From Caecitellus pseudoparvulus (taxonomy: Eukaryota; Protista; Bigyra: Bicosoecida), in assembly GCA_965644315.1 (NCBI GenBank), contig CBFFRQ010000006.1, positions 117,535-181,534 of the forward strand: DNA of 64,000 nt, given 5' to 3'. Every line of letters begins with the position of its first letter. Within the stretch, counting starts at the first letter, position 1. A program made the translations under genes and the position numbers. The notes below the pieces were generated by a model that searched no databases, was not told the origin of the DNA, and saw only the letters and a list, made by a program, of their open reading frames with translations. This document shows positions 37,890-49,382 of this stretch, one piece after another.

Positions 37890-38344
37890 CGGTGGATAGG
37901 GGGGGCAAGTGGCTTGGTCTGGCGGGCTCGGCTGTGCATGACTGAGACGGGGTCCCTTGTGCAAGCTCGAGAGTATCTGTCTTGAGAATTCATGATGTTT
38001 GCGAACTCAGGTTGGCACACCTTTAGATTGTGTCAAGCCGTAATCGGCATGCATGTGATTACTGCAAGCGTTTGTCTCGGGTTGACGCAAAGTGTGGAAG
38101 GTGGACGACGGCCAGATTTCACTGACAAACTCCTCACAAACTGACAAAATAATTGTGCATCCAGCTTCACCTCGCCGGGGATGTGCCAGGCAGTGTGATC
38201 ATACCATAGCACTGTTGTGCTGCAGATAGGGGTCGCGTTTTGTCGTTGTGCCGGCAGGCAGACGGTGTGAGTTGATTCCCCCGCCAACTCTGGCTGTGCT
38301 TGCGGGCCATCCAGCTCGGCTCTGAAGGAGGACTGCTCGGAGCC

Positions 38345-38868
38345 ATGGCAGGAGTCTGGACGCAGCACTTTGTGGAAGAAGAGGGCCGGAGCTTCTGGTA
38401 CAATGTCAAGACAGGCGTGTCGACGTGGCAGCACCCCAGCTCAATCGAAGGCAGCGCAGCACCAGGACCGGCTGGTGCAGTTCAAACTGCAGGTGGGGAG
38501 ACGAAACACCAATCCAGCATTGGAGAGGAGCTCACAGCCAAAGCTGCAGCAGCTGCAGCGGCAGCGGCCGAGTCTGCAGCGTCAAAGTGAGCACCCAAGC
38601 TTGCTGTGTATTTGTGCAATTTCCGCATGCACACGACGGGCGCTCCTTGCCCTTTCACAGGTTGAGGGCGCAGCTGGCGGCAAAGCGCAAGGCAGGTGGT
38701 GCGCGCATCAAGATGGGCGAGCTCAAGGGAGGGGGTGGCAAGCGTGAGGAGCAAGGGGAGGCGGGGGCAGGAGACCTGCAGGCGCAGTACCGGGGCAGTG
38801 TGAAGGAGCTGGCTGCATTGAACCCAAGCAGCGCTCACGGGACAGGCGGCAGGGGGCTGGTGAAGTGA
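38345..38868 (+). CDS. Small WW-domain protein; exons 38345-38586 and 38661-38868; ~149 aa
   Basis: WTQHFVEEEGRSFWYNVKTGVSTWQHP is a WW domain. A 74-nt phase-2 intron GTGAGC..CACAG links the two ORFs. Confidence 0.8.
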
Positions 38869-38911
38869 TCCAGTGGCCCTGCCGAAACTGGGCGCTGCGC
38901 TGCGCAGCCCA

Positions 38912-39409
38912 TCACATGAAGTTGGTTGCGCCAGTGGCGGCGACATCCACTGCCTCGCGGCTGTGAGTGCCGGTGTCCTGCTGGGTCATGTGCTCAGGCA
39001 GGAAGATGCCGTGGGAGGCCAGGAGGTCCACCAGGTCTTGCTCAGAGTGGTCTGGCGTGAGCGCGTGGCGGGCCACCAGCTGCCGCCGCATTTGCTCAGG
39101 AGCCCGCTCTGGCGCCACGATGCCGAACTGAGTCAGGAGCTCAGCTGGATCACGAGTGACATACAATTCAAGGAAGGGGTCCGTCACGCGCTGCACCAAG
39201 CGCAGGGCCTTCTGCGGGTACTGCCGGGCAGTGTGCCTCACGAAGGCCTTGACGCCAGGGAACGCCTTCATGCCACAGGACTGCACTGGCCCGCGCAGCT
39301 CAGCCCACTCAGCCTGCACAGCATTGCCTGTGTCTGAGGGCACCATTTGTTGGGCATAGCCAGCGACCATGGCCAGGGTGGCGCACGCCACCAGCCCTCG
39401 CAGTGCCAT
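38912..39409 (-). CDS. Secretory-pathway Sep15/SelM-like thioredoxin-fold protein, Cys-containing; 165 aa
   Basis: Signal peptide MALRGLVACATLAMVAGYA. SCGMKAFPGVKAFVR...QYP...DPFLELY...LVDLLASHG aligns with the Sep15/SelM redox-domain pattern (UKLGRFPQVQAFV / UQLNRLKEVKAFV). Confidence 0.62.
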   Translation of the reverse strand: MALRGLVACATLAMVAGYAQQMVPSDTGNAVQAEWAELRGPVQSCGMKAFPGVKAFVRHTARQYPQKALRLVQRVTDPFLELYVTRDPAELLTQFGIVAPERAPEQMRRQLVARHALTPDHSEQDLVDLLASHGIFLPEHMTQQDTGTHSREAVDVAATGATNFM

Positions 39410-39935
39410 GAGAGAGTGTCGCGGCGACGAAGCGGGACAAGTGTGTCGTGGTGTCACAGTCAGGGGGCGAGCAGCGAGTATGTGTTGCGATTTGGGCAGA
39501 GGCGAGCAGCACTTGGTGTGATCAATTTGGTTTTGGCCGCGCTGGGGGCCACGGCCGAGTGCGCGTTGGTGGTTGGCGAAAAAGGCAGCAACGTGGCTCT
39601 GGCCTGTGGAAGCCTGCCTGCGTTTGGTACCGTTGTCGCCATGCCGCGCTTGTGGGAATCTCTTTTCGATGGTATACACCGCATGCGCCTTCGCTTTGCG
39701 CTCCAAGGATGCCAGGGCTCGGAATGGGAGCTGACCTCCGCGCCAGCTTGACGAAGAAGCATTCATTATCGGTGCATAGAACAAACTTCTCAAATGGCTT
39801 ACCGGAATTCTGACGCAGACTGTCTGGAACCCAGCCAGCTGCCGTCCAACCTCTCGGCAGCGACCGGGGCTCGTTTCAATGCGTGGGGCTGGCAGGGAAT
39901 CCGCCACGGTGCGGCTGCTCGCCTTGGCACCTAGC

Positions 39936-42900
39936 ATGGCAGGGGAAGCGGGTGCAGCAGCGGAGGTGGCGGCGGAGAGGAGCAGCATTCTGCGAGCCAC
40001 CGCAGAGGAGGGCGTGCCTGCGCTGCTGGCCCTGGCCCAGGCTGCGTTGCGTGAAGGGAAGGCACACTACCAGGCGCAGCTGTGGGTGCGCGTGGGCGTA
40101 TGGGTGGCGGGGGCAGCGTGCCTGTTCGCGTTTCTGCAGGAGCCTGTGACCAACACGGTGGCCTTGATAAGCGCGCTTCTCTCCCTCTCACTGTACCTGG
40201 CAGTGTTGTTGGTGCTGGGCGTGGCCGCCTTGCATCAGTTTGTCCTGGCTGAAGACCAGGCGGCACTGCGGCATATGTGGGGCCCACAAACCCCGACGGT
40301 GATGCCAAGTCCCAGGAGATTGGAGGATAGACATAGAAGGCCACCGGCAGAGGTATTTCGCAAGTGCTGGGAGCTGCCGAGGCCGGTTGTGGAGGTGCTG
40401 GGTGAGTGTGCGGAAATTGCCGCATTGCGTGGTCACCCTGGCATACCCTGTCCCCGTGCTCGCTGCCTCAGCCCCTGCCGTGGAGTTCGTTCGTCGAGAC
40501 TTTGTGGAGTCATGGTTTCACCCCATGGTGAGCTCTGATGCGGAGTTCACGACATACTGCCAGTGGGTCACCACGCATGCAGTGGGCAGCTTGGCCAAAG
40601 CGAGCAAAGTGCTGGGGAAACCTGGTGGCCCAGGCGAGGTGCGCCCATCGCTGCTCCTGCTCAATGACGTTGCAGAGGCAGTGGAGTACCACCTGCACTG
40701 GTTCACAGTCATGCGCAAGCGGGCTGCTGAGCGCTCTCCAGCCCTCTTCCGGCGGCGCCTGCCGCCTCCGGACAGCAGACGCTTTGTCGCGTCAGGGCAC
40801 GACCTGGGGCGGGAGGACACAGACGCGTACCCTAGCCCCAGCCACACGATGGGGCACCGGCCATGGGTAGCAGCCCGCACCATGGCGGTGCAGCACGAGT
40901 TCTCAGCGGCGGCGGTGGATGCCGCGGTGGGTGCTGGGCAGGGCCGTATTGCCATCCTGCACCCCGCCTGCTACGTGCAGGACACACGGTGCCTGGGCAG
41001 CACACTGCACGCCCACCAGCAGGCGCACAGCGGGGGCAGGGGGCATGCTGCAGAGGACTGCGCCACGACGCACCTTCCCTTTGAACCACCCCCCGCTGTG
41101 GCTTTGCAGGGTGCCTCCACAGAGTGCCAGACGCGGTACTTAAGGCAGCTCACGAGTGGCCTCGTCAGCCGCCTGCTGCCGGACGAGGATGCAGCGAGCC
41201 CCGCTGTGGCGACAGTGGTGCGGGAGCTCCTCACGACCTGTGTGCTGCTGCCAGCCATGGAGTCGCTGTGCCACCCGCACACTCTGAACGCGTTGCTGGC
41301 TCAGCAACTCACGGCAGCCCCTGCCTCCAGCACGCCCCGGGCTGCGGAAGCAGCGGCTGAAGCGGCAGTGCACGCTCCCGATGTGGAGAGTGCCTTGGGC
41401 GGCGGTGGCGTGGCAGGTGCTCCGGCCCCCATGCCTGAGGGGTTCTCTGATGAGGAGAGCGACGGTGGCACAGCCGTGTACTCGTCTGCAGAGGGCCGGG
41501 CAGTTGGTGCGTCGCCCTTTCATGACGTCGGCGTCAGCGGCAGCATGGCGCCAGAGGGGCCAGGTGCAGGGATCCGGGGCGAGGGTGGTGCTGGCACGGT
41601 GCCCAGCATGCACACACCGCCCACCAGCTACACCATCAGCACGACGCCAGTGCCGGCGGAGGCCGACTTTGACCAGGGCAGCGGTGACACTGACGCCGGC
41701 ACACAGTTCTTCTACGGCGTCATGGCAGCCTCCCAAGCCTGCACTTTGCTGCAGGGCGCGCCACCCGGCAGCTTTACACTGCGGTCCCCTCCTCGCTCAG
41801 CGACGGACGAGGCCGCCCCAGCAGATGCGCACATCCAGGCTGACGTCATCGCCGTGGCCCTGGACGGCGTGGTGCTGACACATGTGGCGGCAGATGGCTC
41901 CCTGCGACACCAGCCGATAGGGGTACACATGCAGGCCACAGCGGGCGACCAGCCGCCCAGCAGCTTTTTCTGCGCAGAGGCAGTGATCAAGGGCGCGCCT
42001 GTCCCGGCGGGGGATGTGCTTGTCATCCGTGATGGCATCGTGCACGCAGCAGGCAGCTCCACCTGGTCTCACGGGTTGCCAGTGCTGAATGCGGGGTTGC
42101 CGCCGGGCGTGCGGGGCGGGCCGGCCCTCAAGGTGGTGGCCCGTTCGCCGGTGTGTGGGACCCTGGCGCAGTTGCTGCGCAGTTGCTTGTTCGACAAGGC
42201 CCGGTATGGCTTGGCGTGGGGCTCAGCGGGGGGCTCGGCAGTGCCGCCCCTCACCGCACTGTACGCCGGCGAGGCGGGTGCAGTCAGGACCGCCAGTGGA
42301 CCCACCACCCCGCAGTCAGGTGCGCCTTGCCCGACACCGCCCTCCCCCACAGCAGCAGTGCACGGGGCAGATGGTGAGGGGAGTATGGATGGGTGGGAGG
42401 CAGTGCCGCGCCCCACCCCCGTGCAGACCGAGTCTCACTTCACCCGGCACATGAACGGGACGTACACACGCGCGGCGTGTGTTGCAGACGCGAACTCCAC
42501 CAAACACGCCAAAACGCACAGCTCCATCCTGCGTTACGGCGTGGGGCGACCTGCTTCGCACAGCACTGCGGAAGCCAAGCGCCCGCCACGGGAACGCAGC
42601 ATGTCGGCTGCCTCAGGCCTGTTCAACTCTGTCTTGGCCAGCATCGGCAGCAAGGCAGGCGTGTTGGCGGAAGAGCTGGCCACTGCTGAGACTGCCGCGG
42701 CATGCTGCGGTGCCACACCCCCTGTCGAGCGCAGTGCGCTGCGTGAGCTGCTGATGCATGGCCTGTACCAGCCTTCCCTGGCGCACAGCAGGGTGGTTCG
42801 CAGGCGTGTCCGGGCCGACTACGTTCGCAGCAGTGACTCGCTGCTGCCACGCCTGCTGCTGCGACCAGCTGCCGTGACGCTGCAACAACGCGGTCTGCTG

Positions 42901-44406
42901 CTGCCACGCCTGCTGCCGCTAGAAGTGGCGCTGACGAAGGCACTCATTCTGGACAAACGCGACACTGCCCTCAGCGGACCGGTGGTGGTGTACCGGTTCA
43001 GCGTGGCCTGGATCTGCCCGCAAGGCGCGTCAGTGCCCAGCCAGGCGGCTCGTCGCATGCACGCCGCGCTGCCGTCGTCCGCGCAGAGCTGGAAGGTGAA
43101 CCTGCGGTATTCGGCGCTGCACAGCCTGCATGGGCGGCTGTGCAAGGCATGTCCCCGCCTGGCTGGGGCGCTGCCCTTCCCACCCAAGCGCGCGGGGTTT
43201 CTGGGCTCCAACTTGGACCGATCTTTCATCGCTGCACGAGCCCAGGCGCTGGGCAGCTGGCTGGAAGGCGTCATGGGCTCGACGGCTCTGGCTAGCAGCG
43301 CGGAGATGCGGAGTGCGCTGGTGCCAGGGGATGTCTTGGAGGCGGTGGAGGCTGCATGGGAGATCGCAGAGGCCGAGCCGTTGGTGTTGGAAGGGGGCGC
43401 CACACCCCCCCCTCCACGTGGTGAGGTGGGGGGGCACCATTCAGGCGGGGAGGCACAAGCTTCGCCCCTGCAGTCCAGTGCGGGGGATGGGTTGGGCTTT
43501 GAGCACGACGCTGTGCTTGTGGCAGGGCGCCCACCCGCCTCAGCCGGCGCTGGGGCAACTGCCGATGTTGCCGGCGGCGGGCACAGCCCACCCCGTGGAG
43601 GTGGAGGGGGGGCAGCTTCACGCAGTCCCCGCCGCCACGCCAGGCAACGCCGTGGCACAGTCTCCGGCAAGGAGTTGCAAAGCCTGGACCTGAACATCTT
43701 CGGCGTCGTGTCGGAGGTGTTCGACCTGCCCTCCCAGTCCTGGCTGCGGCGCAACGCAGTGGGCGTCGCACGGTCCATGGCGAAGCTGTTCTTCCACGGC
43801 ACAGCCGCCGACGCGCTGAAGGCGTCCTACAGCCAGGTGATGAAGGACGAAGCGATTGCCGCGACTCTGCGCGTGCTGCGGGACCAGCTGTGGCCCGACG
43901 GCGTCTGGTGCAGCGAAGTGCCGGGCTACGCTGAGGCCAGCGCGGCAGCCTGGACGGCAGATGTGCAGTGGCGGGACCGTGACGCCTTGTTGCAGGCGGT
44001 GGAGGAGAGTATGCTGACGTCTGGCCTGCCGTCCATCCTGGGCCGGGAGTGCGTGAGCCAGGGCGCGCACCGGCTGGTGGAGATGCTGAACTGCCCCCTG
44101 GTCCTGCGCAGCCTCATGTACACCATCATGGACGCCCTGCTGTCCCACCTCTTCTCCGGCCTGCCCGTGCACGGACTGAGCCAGAAGGCCCAGGTGATGA
44201 AGGCATGGGCGGACATTGGGGGCGGCACCGGCACCTCGCGCTTCTTCGGGCAGGACGTCATGTCGGGGGACATGCCTCGAGCCTCGGCGGCAGCTGGATT
44301 CTTCACTTCTGGTCTGCTGTCCCTGCCCAGCCTGCCCTTCCTCGGCCGGGGAGCGCCAGAGTCAGGCGCAGCCGCCGGCAGGCCCTCCGCCAATCCGCCA
44401 AGCTGA
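39936..44406 (+). CDS. PXA-PX-PXC sorting nexin (SNX13/14/19/25-Mdm1 family) with an SH2-like insert; exons 39936-40401 and 40472-44406; ~1466 aa
   Basis: Two N-terminal TM helices. PXA: RRDFVESWF...YLRQLTSGLVSRLLP...VRELLTTCVLLPAM. PX: VVYRFSV...LRYSALHSLHGRL...FPPKR...FIAARAQALGSWL. PXC: SEVFDLPSQSWLRR...LRDQLWPDG. One 70-nt intron. An alternative ATG lies at 39879. Confidence 0.85.
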
Positions 44407-44630
44407 GAGCTCCTTGGCTGTGGATACAATTCTGCCGCAGACCATCCAGGCTGCCCGAGTACAATGCATTGAACTGAATTGAGGTCTGCTGCGCAGTGGG
44501 AGGCAGCGTGCCGAAAGTTCCAGCAGCTCGTGGGCAGCGCTCGTGAGCCAGCGAGTGAGCTGTTGGCCACGGCATTCGTTACCCGGCGCTGAAGAACTGC
44601 GTCTTTTCAAGCAGAGGGGGAGCAGGGAGC

Positions 44631-47600
44631 ATGGAACACTTGGAGTCGGTAAAGGCGCAGGTGTCAAGGTGGCTAGCCGCATTTTCCAGCAAGCATGGGA
44701 GGCCAGCAAGCAGGGAAGACCTGCGTCAAAATCCGCACATCGAGGCGGCCATGCGAGCACTCAAAGCAGCACAGAGGAGTGTCGCCAACAGCCCGCAGCA
44801 GAGTGGATTTCTCGGACCACGTGTTCCTCGATCTGTCCCGGCGACGAAGCCTGACAAGCGTGAAGTTCCCAGCGCCTCCCGTGGCTTCAAACGAAACAGA
44901 GCGCCGGTTGCTGCTTCCCGCCCCAAACGTCGCCGCGGAGCAGTTCCCGGCACCAGCTTAGACCCGCAAGGCAGCTGCCAAGGGGACCAGAGCATGGCCG
45001 TTGGGGGTACTGAGGGCACATTGCAAACTCCACGCAGTGCCTCCCCCTCCCACTCACCACGCGCGCATACAACCGTGTCCCCCGGTCGGGCGCCCGCTGC
45101 GCCAGATGCGGGTGGAGGGACCAGGGCAGCGCCAAATGCTGGCAGCACAGAAAGAGGCACAGACCCAAGCGCTGGCGGTGCAGCGGGCGGGTCCAGGGGC
45201 AAGTTCGCGGCCCCTCACGGGAGGCAAGCAGAGCCGCAGTCGGAGCCCAGCCTCCCAGCCCGGAAGCAGACCACCCAAGCTGAGGCCGAGGCTTCCTTCT
45301 GTGGGGCTGCACATGTGGAGGGGGACGTTTTCTCAGGGCATGGCTTTGGGCTCACGCCTGCAGCAGCCGCCAAAGCTGGCAGCAAGGGGAACTACGTCAA
45401 GTTGAACCTGCGCCGGAAACGTTTCATCGCCCGAAAGCCGAGCAAGCGTGGCCGAGCTGCTCGTGGTGCTGGGTACTGGAACACCCCTGCACCGCTTGAC
45501 GCCTCTGCTCCTCCAGCTGCGCCAGCTTTCACAGAGGCAGCCCTCGTTCGAGATGGGCAAGCCACACCCACGGGCGACAGCCCACAGTCGGGAGAGCACG
45601 ACAGCGGGGCGGCGTCAACGCCCAATGCCCCACCCCTGACGTCTGAAGCGTTTGGGGCAGGGCCCAGCTTTACATCCCGTCGGCGGTGGGGTGCAACGGC
45701 AGCGCAGCCGGTGGACCCCATCGACGTGTGTCTGGATGTGGCAGGCGAGGGGGGCACAGCGCCCAGGTTGCTGCCAGGCGACGCGGCGGGACAGGTGGTC
45801 GCTGCCAGCGACGTGCAGCCTGGCACACTCGTCGTGGGCGATGCCGACGATGCTGCCGCTTTAGCCGCGGTGCAGGCTGACCTGCGCCTGACTGCAGGCG
45901 GTCAGGTGAAGGCGGGCAGAGCGGTGCGAGCAGCCGCCCCAGCCGCTTCTGCAGCTGCGTACGCTCGGAAGCCAGTGTGTCCTGGGCACGGCATGCCTGC
46001 GAAGTTGCTGCGTGTCAAGAAGGCGGGGCGGAACAAGGGGCGCGCGTTTTATGTGTGTCCTTTGCCGCGTTCTGAGCAGTGCTCCTTTTTCGCGTGGAAG
46101 GACCAGCACGTCGCACACGCCGTGGCTGCGTACCTTGGCGCCGCCCAGGCCGCCGTGGACGAAGGCTTGGAAGGGGATGGAGTGGCGGCACAGGGCAGTG
46201 GGAGTTTGGCCGAACAACAGCGGTGGCAGCGGCTGGAGCGAGAGCGGGGAGTCGCGTGGGCCAGGGAGACGCTGCCTGTGCTGCGTGCAGCAGTCAAGAA
46301 GGGCGGCGTGCTGGCTGATGCCGAGCTTGTACAGCGCGTCCTTGGGAAAGTGCTCCCTCTATCGCGCCTGGTGAAGATGCAGCTCGTGGCGTTGCTGGCT
46401 GCTCACGATGTGCAAGCTGCCCGTGCCAAAGCGCCAGCGCGATCTGAACCTGCACAGCGACAGGAAAGCGTGTCTACAAGTCAAGCTCAGGATATGGTGG
46501 ACTTGAGCGAGGACAGCAGCGTCAGCTCTGCGTCTCAGGAGGGAGAAGACAGCGACGAGGCGGAGGGTGGCGCTACTTGGCGAGCTCAAGACAGCGTCGC
46601 GTTGAACACAACACTGCAGGGCGCTGTGAAGCCAAGCTCAGGGCAGTCCCACACTGCCCGACAAGAGGCTCCCCTGCACACGACGCTTCTGGAGCACTTC
46701 GGGTTCTCCGAGTTCCGAGGAGGGCAGGAGTGGGTCATTCGCCGTGTGCTTGCTGGGCTTAGCACCATGTACGTCGCACCCACGGGGAGCGGAAAGAGTC
46801 TCACGTACCAACTCCCAAGCCTGCTGTTGCCAGGCATTACCATTGTTGTGTCTCCCCTCGTGGCTTTGATGCGGGATCAGATGCTGCAGCTCCCACCAGC
46901 GCTGCGGGGCAGTGCCATTGTGGGTCGGCAGACCGCAGCAGACTTGGGCGCAGCGCTGCGCAGTCTGAAGGCAGGGGTGACGGACGTACTGTTCGTGTCG
47001 CCTGAGCGCTTGCTGAGCCCAGCCTTTGCTCGACTGGCACGCCAGAGCGATGGGATGCCGCTTGTTAGCCTTGTCGTGGTGGACGAGGCGCACTGCATGT
47101 CAGAGTGGAGCCACAACTTCCGCCCGGCGTACCTGCAGCTGGGAGGCTTGATTCCGCAGTTGTTCGGGGCAAAGACCCCTGTGCTGGCGCTCACGGCGAC
47201 GGCGACCCCAGCGGTTGTACAGGACGTGACACGCATGCTGCATGTGCAGGACGAGGGAGTGCACAGCTCCTCGTGGCTGCGCTCCAACCTGATTTTGCGA
47301 GTAGCCAAGGTGCCGACGGATGAAGGCAAGCAGCGCATCCTGCGGCGTCTCCTGGAGGACAAGGCGCTGTCCAGGAAGCCTGTCCTTGTGTACGTGCTGC
47401 ACCAAGCTACCGCAGAGGCCGTCGCTTCGTACTTGAAGGAGTCTGGCTTCAGTGCGGCAGCGTACCATGCCGGACTGCCCGACTCACGCAGGGAGCGGGC
47501 CCAAGCCCGATTCATGGCTGGCGCGGTGGACGTTGTTGTCGCTACTGTGGCCTTCGGTATGGGCATCAACAAGTCCAACATCAGGTGTGTCGTGCACTAC

Positions 47601-49139
47601 GATCCGCCCAAGAGTTTGGAGGAGTACGTGCAGCAGGTGGGCCGAGCTGGGCGAGATGGGCAGGCTGCTCTGGCCTTACTGCTACTGGCGCCAGGGGACA
47701 TGGCTCGTGTGAGCAGCATCGTGCGGGGCAGTGATGTGAGTCCGCTCGCGTGTGCCGTGGCCCTCACGGGCGTGTGGGCGCCGCTGCTGTGGAGTCACCG
47801 GCCTGGAGGGGCGGCGTTGCCAGGCAGCGCTAGCCCCCCACCAACGGCATACTGCAGCGTGTCAGAGGAGTGGATGGGTAGCACATGCGGCCTTCCGCGT
47901 GCCATGTCTGAGACGCTGCTGTCATTGGCGGTGCAGCGCACGCACGGTGCAGTGCGGTTCTGGCGTGCCACGACCTGGTGCAGCATCACATTCACTCGGC
48001 AAGGGCACTTGCGAGATGCCTCCAAGGCCGGGGGGCGCACAGTGCAGGCTGCCATGGTGTTGGCTGCCACAGCCCAGGCTTCAGGGGTGGCCACCATGAT
48101 CGCTGACGCCGCCACGCTGGGGCCGCAGATGTTGGAGCGAGCCGATATGCAAGCCGCTTGGACACTGCTGCAGGAGGACGGCGCGTGGATGTGGCGCAGC
48201 CCCCAGGGAGCAGCTGCCATCAAAGTGCATCTGGCGTCCCTGGCGAACGTGCTGGGCGTCGCCGTGCGAGAAGTGCTGGGCAGTCTGCGGCAGGCTGACG
48301 CATGTCGCGAAGCCGCTGTGGCGTGGCTTGGGTCCGGGTGGATGCTGCAAGTGCCCAGCACTGCGACGATGGCTGAAGACTTTGTCACGCTGTGCAGTGG
48401 CATTGTGGAGGAAGCAAGGGAAGTGCAGGCGCGGGCAGGTGCGAAGCTGGCCTGCGCATCGGCCGTCTTTGCTGCTGCGGCGGCCAGTGATCCTGGCGTA
48501 GAGCCTGCCGAGCCTGCTGCACCTGAGCAAGGGGTGCCGACAGAGCTGGATGGGCTGCCGATTGCTGCCATTCCGCCCATGACTAGGGAACAGCTGGAAG
48601 CGTTCACAGCGTCGATTTCGGCGTATTTCGACGGGGGAGGGGACGCTGCAGAGGGCAAACCTGCGCTGGAGCTGGCCGCCACATTGACCGCGGAGGAGGT
48701 GCGGACATTAGCCCTGCGTTGCGCAGATGAGGTAGCAAGAAGAACCCTACAAGCCTACAGCCCCCTGACTGCAGCCCTGTCTGACTGCGCAGTGCCCCTC
48801 AGCCTGGCTGCCCTGAGCGTGCCCGGCGTGCTGCGCTGGGTGGGCAGGCTGGCAGCCGAGGATCCCTGCGCCTCTGCTGCAACGGAGACGTACTGGGCGG
48901 CCCGCGCGGCGGTTCTGCAGGACCAAACACATGAAGGGAGGCACGTGTGGGCTCACCCGCACTCTAAGTTCATCCTGGCTGCGTGTGCCAACGCATGCAG
49001 CGTTGCGCGAGTGCTGGTGGGTGTGTCCAGCGGCAGCCCGCACGCCCTGCATGGCAAGGGCTGCAGTCACTGGCGGGCAGCTGCCAGCGTCGGAATGGAG
49101 GGCGTGCTTGCAGCCCTGCGGGGGCCGCCGGAGCAGTGA
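44631..49139 (+). CDS. RECQL4: RecQ4-like ATP-dependent DNA helicase with Sld2-like N-terminus and GRF zinc finger, 1502 aa, apparently intronless
   Basis: MEHLESVKAQVSRWLAAFSSKHGRPASREDL and GNYVKLNLRRK match the RECQL4/Sld2 N-terminus. zf-GRF CPGH...NKGRAFYVC...CSFFAW. Helicase motifs PTGSGKSLTYQLP, VDEAHCMSEWSHNFRPAY, LTATAT, ATVAFGMGINK and QQVGRAGRDG. Confidence 0.92.
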   Translation: MEHLESVKAQVSRWLAAFSSKHGRPASREDLRQNPHIEAAMRALKAAQRSVANSPQQSGFLGPRVPRSVPATKPDKREVPSASRGFKRNRAPVAASRPKRRRGAVPGTSLDPQGSCQGDQSMAVGGTEGTLQTPRSASPSHSPRAHTTVSPGRAPAAPDAGGGTRAAPNAGSTERGTDPSAGGAAGGSRGKFAAPHGRQAEPQSEPSLPARKQTTQAEAEASFCGAAHVEGDVFSGHGFGLTPAAAAKAGSKGNYVKLNLRRKRFIARKPSKRGRAARGAGYWNTPAPLDASAPPAAPAFTEAALVRDGQATPTGDSPQSGEHDSGAASTPNAPPLTSEAFGAGPSFTSRRRWGATAAQPVDPIDVCLDVAGEGGTAPRLLPGDAAGQVVAASDVQPGTLVVGDADDAAALAAVQADLRLTAGGQVKAGRAVRAAAPAASAAAYARKPVCPGHGMPAKLLRVKKAGRNKGRAFYVCPLPRSEQCSFFAWKDQHVAHAVAAYLGAAQAAVDEGLEGDGVAAQGSGSLAEQQRWQRLERERGVAWARETLPVLRAAVKKGGVLADAELVQRVLGKVLPLSRLVKMQLVALLAAHDVQAARAKAPARSEPAQRQESVSTSQAQDMVDLSEDSSVSSASQEGEDSDEAEGGATWRAQDSVALNTTLQGAVKPSSGQSHTARQEAPLHTTLLEHFGFSEFRGGQEWVIRRVLAGLSTMYVAPTGSGKSLTYQLPSLLLPGITIVVSPLVALMRDQMLQLPPALRGSAIVGRQTAADLGAALRSLKAGVTDVLFVSPERLLSPAFARLARQSDGMPLVSLVVVDEAHCMSEWSHNFRPAYLQLGGLIPQLFGAKTPVLALTATATPAVVQDVTRMLHVQDEGVHSSSWLRSNLILRVAKVPTDEGKQRILRRLLEDKALSRKPVLVYVLHQATAEAVASYLKESGFSAAAYHAGLPDSRRERAQARFMAGAVDVVVATVAFGMGINKSNIRCVVHYDPPKSLEEYVQQVGRAGRDGQAALALLLLAPGDMARVSSIVRGSDVSPLACAVALTGVWAPLLWSHRPGGAALPGSASPPPTAYCSVSEEWMGSTCGLPRAMSETLLSLAVQRTHGAVRFWRATTWCSITFTRQGHLRDASKAGGRTVQAAMVLAATAQASGVATMIADAATLGPQMLERADMQAAWTLLQEDGAWMWRSPQGAAAIKVHLASLANVLGVAVREVLGSLRQADACREAAVAWLGSGWMLQVPSTATMAEDFVTLCSGIVEEAREVQARAGAKLACASAVFAAAAASDPGVEPAEPAAPEQGVPTELDGLPIAAIPPMTREQLEAFTASISAYFDGGGDAAEGKPALELAATLTAEEVRTLALRCADEVARRTLQAYSPLTAALSDCAVPLSLAALSVPGVLRWVGRLAAEDPCASAATETYWAARAAVLQDQTHEGRHVWAHPHSKFILAACANACSVARVLVGVSSGSPHALHGKGCSHWRAAASVGMEGVLAALRGPPEQ

Positions 49140-49382
49140 AGTCCTGGCGTTGCATATGCCGCAAAGCCCAGTGCTCGTGATGCTTGCACGAGCTGGCCGA
49201 AGGCGGAGTCTTTCACGCCCGCATGGCAGATCCGGCCATGGAATTCATCCTGAACCAACAAATTAAAAGTCCCTGGAAGCTCAAGGCAGGCATGCGAGTG
49301 CCATTGCAGCGCAGCGTGCTGATCAACACCGCCTCGCGGAGCGTCGGCCTGGCAAGGCGTGGTGAGCTTCCGACTGCGCAGA

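Noticed and set aside
37890-38340. AT-richer intergenic stretch as an ncRNA or tRNA
   Set aside because: No cloverleaf, box motifs or convincing hairpin seen; consistent with ordinary terminator/promoter sequence.
39265-39280. TGA within TGTGGCATGAAG as a selenocysteine codon of the Sep15-like gene
   Set aside because: The TGA is out of frame; the in-frame Cys already aligns with the Sec position and the frame is intact.
42841-42920. 19-bp direct repeat ctgctgccacgcctgctgc
   Set aside because: Short coding duplication (LLPRLL twice) in low-complexity sequence; no element between the copies.
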